DNA of 64,000 nt from Pocillopora damicornis (taxonomy: Eukaryota), in NCBI RefSeq assembly GCF_003704095.1, contig NW_020843882.1, forward strand, positions 62,001 to 126,000. The letters run 5' to 3'. Made by a program: the position numbers and the translations under genes. Positions 61,501 through 64,000 of the stretch are shown one piece after another (the first letter of the stretch is position 1; each line of letters starts with the position of its first letter). Under the pieces are notes generated by a model. The model did not search any database. It was not told where the DNA came from and saw only the letters and a list, made by a program, of their open reading frames with translations.

Positions 61501-63569
61501 TACTAACGTGACTGGGTCGACTTCCTCTCCTTCTTCATTGTACTCGACTACCACAATCTGGCCCATATTGTTTGCCTTTTCTTGTCGGCCCTTTTTCACG
61601 CCGCCCATTCCGAAGCGTGCCACGGCAGCCCCCTTTTTTCTGAGGCCCATGAAGGCCTTCAAAGCACCAAGACCCACAAGTAACCCCAAAATGCTGGCAA
61701 TGCCACCTGGTGATGTTAGAAATTTAAAAACCTTGCCCAGTTTCTTGAAGAAGTTTTTGACTTTAGTCCATATGTTAACTGCGCCACCAAAGTCCAAGCC
61801 ACTTTCGGTCGGTTTTTCCTCGTTCCAGTCTTTCTCATCTCTTTCCACGCATTTGAAACCAGTGTCATAACACTAGGAGGGAATAATTAAAGATTTTTCG
61901 GCATTAATCAAAATTTATTGACACCTTTCTTTTCACAGCTGCTATGAAACGGTAAATAGTTCCACCATGTTTATCAGGGTGGAAGAAAGACGACAGAATC
62001 TGATTTATGTAGCGTTAAATGATGAAATGAGACTTCCCAAAACCTACGTGGCTTTAAAGGAAATGCCATCTTTAACTCCCACGATGATGCTCTACTTAGA
62101 TATATCATTCATACATGTTAACAAAACAATACATACACTACAGCCACATCCGGTCGCGCAAACGCACGGTGCTGTGGTAGTGAAGGTGACATTGGCGCTG
62201 TCGACCATTTTTTGTCGGGAATCAAACAGCTTTACTGTAAATCAAACCGTAAATTTAACATGTATCATTCAGTATATATAAAAGCTGCTCTGAAACTCAA
62301 GAAAGATAATTTCATGCTATAAAGAAATAGCAACAATCGTTGGTAAAACGTTTACTACGTTGAGCGCTTTATGTGATGTCTTTACTCTAGCCAGGCTTCA
62401 ATGAAAACAATCATCCCACACGAATCAATAATTCACATTTAATCCGTCGTATTTCCTTTCTTTCCGCGCTGATGAGTTAAGGTACCAACATGATTTCGAG
62501 CGCAATTTGGTGTTAATAAGCACGAGTGCATGGGCACATGCAATTGTGTAGTCTTTAAAAAATTGACTAATGCGTATTTACACCAGTTGTGCGAGAAATC
62601 ATGTAATTTTTTTCTAAAAATTTACATGAAAAGAGCATCACAGATGGTCAAGACAGACGAAGTTTTGACAGCGCGCGCTATTTGTATTTTGCGCTCGTGT
62701 TACAACTTTGCGCTCGAGTTAAATGAAAAATGCAATCAATTTCAGCCCATTAGAAGCGCTTAATTTTTTCATGTATATTATTACACAGGTAACCCATTAT
62801 TCAGAGTCACTGCTCCTTCTTACCGACACAGTAGTTATTTCCCCCTTTCATGTTATAAGCGTGGACATCAAAGGAGAACAAGTGTGTTTTCTGAGGGTTT
62901 ATAGATAAAGATTTCTCCCTGAACTTTCCTACTGCGCCAGAACATTCTGATATCACGACCTACATAAAGGAGAATATAGTTATCAAGTCGATGGTCCAGA
63001 CTTTAAAATAGACGTAAATCGAAGCTAGAAAGCAATTTGAGTTTTAAATTAGACATTCAAAAGTATTTTGTTTCCCGACTTACAAAATTCTTCGATATTA
63101 TAACAATGATAGGTACGTACGAGTTATTTCTAAATTTTGGTATGAAGTGTATAGAATGAAAAAACAAATCTTTTCACTTGTATATAACAACCAACGAAGC
63201 TTAAAAAATTAAATAGAGCATGAACATTTACAAATTGATTTAAAATCTTCATAATTCTTGCAGAGAAATAGTGTATAAAAAAAAAAACAGAAAAAAATTT
63301 TCCTTTGTGATTCAGTTTATGAACATTTCAATTTACATTATCGAGCTCTCATAACTGAGAAAACTACCAGCCAGGCGCATTAAAAATCTACTGAGCTGAT
63401 TTAAACAGTTCGAAAGGACTGTTGATCACAATAGCAAACAGTATTGATCCTACTAACAGCGAAATCAGCCGTAACATAACCAGTGTTTTGAACCACAACA
63501 AACAAACGACCATCTTTTGACACCGCTTCAAAGTCCTGAGCGTACGCCTTCAGTATCTTACCAGACGCC
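58529..63569 (-). CDS. HAP2: HAP2/GCS1 gamete fusogen, 3' portion (domain III, membrane anchor, extended tail); 5' exons lie beyond the window end
   Basis: Phase-consistent GT-AG exons 63569-63458, 62959-62824, 62234-62137, 61872-61508, 60958-60379, 60060-59971, 59378-59283, 58675-58529. Spliced sequence ASGKILKAYAQDFEAVSKDGRLFVVVQNTGYVTADFAVVISECSGAVGKFREKSLSINPQKTHLFSFDVHAYNMKGGNNYCVVKLFDSRQKMVDSANVTFTTTA follows the HAP2 domain III pattern (S.GKI...FEA..G....NTG...A.Y...CS.G...C...L.DS...VD.A..F.TTA), then a TM segment and basic residues. Confidence 0.88.
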
Positions 63570-64000
63570 CTGAAAAAGTGGAATCAGTTGTTTTACGTGT
63601 ATTAAATTTCACTTTCCAAGACCCCTTATTGAATGAGTGCAGCAAAAGAAAACTATGAATTGAAAAGGCCTAGTCTACAAAGGCGTAGCTAGAGGGAGGG
63701 GGAGGGGGNNNNNNNNNNNNNNNNNNNNNNNNNNNNNNNNNNNNNNNNNNNNNNNNNNNNNNNNNNNNNNNNNNNNNNNNNNNNNNNNNNNNNNNNNNNN
63801 NNNNNNNNNNNNNNNNNNNNNNNNNNNNNNNNNNNNNNNNNNNNNNNNNNNNNNNNNNNNNNNNNNNNNNNNNNNNNNNNNNNNNNNNNNNNNNNNTGGC
63901 TCGGCGAGAAGAGGAAAACTTGGCAATGGGTTTCTCAGTCTCAGTTGCTTAGCACCATGACGTAACTTCGAGCGCATTTCTCTGATGCGTCCATCTGCTT

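Noticed and set aside
60458-61870. Plus-strand ORFs of 79-126 aa
   Set aside because: Antisense shadows of the HAP2 exons.

Overview
AT-rich, intron-containing animal genomic DNA with several assembly gaps. The gene set (HAP2/GCS1, SID-1 family, intronless rhodopsin-class GPCR) and the repeat families suggest an anthozoan cnidarian such as a stony coral; this is inference. Genes, left to right: the 2.4-kb terminal exon of a SID-1/SIDT-family gene (+); a single-exon class A GPCR (-); three tandem, intact five-exon paralogs (-) that I spliced by hand, each encoding a 224-231 aa protein of two tandem muconolactone delta-isomerase (CatC/MIase)-like domains, a family best known from bacterial aromatic catabolism; a gap-interrupted PIAS/SP-RING-like gene with two VIDLT SUMO-interacting motifs (-); a 62-aa single-pass membrane microprotein (-); CCDC170 (-) head-to-head with HSBP1 (+); a degraded and an intact intronless PLP-dependent class I aminotransferase (-), the intact one head-to-head with TADA2B (+); and the 3' part of a HAP2/GCS1 gamete fusogen gene (-) with an unusual second hydrophobic segment and long C-terminal extension. 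Repeats include tRNA-derived SINEs, TTAA-flanked piggyBac-like MITEs, foldback MITEs, minisatellites and a dispersed repeat carrying a minimal hammerhead ribozyme. The MIase-like cluster is the best candidate for an undescribed system. All family assignments come from motif recognition, not database searches.
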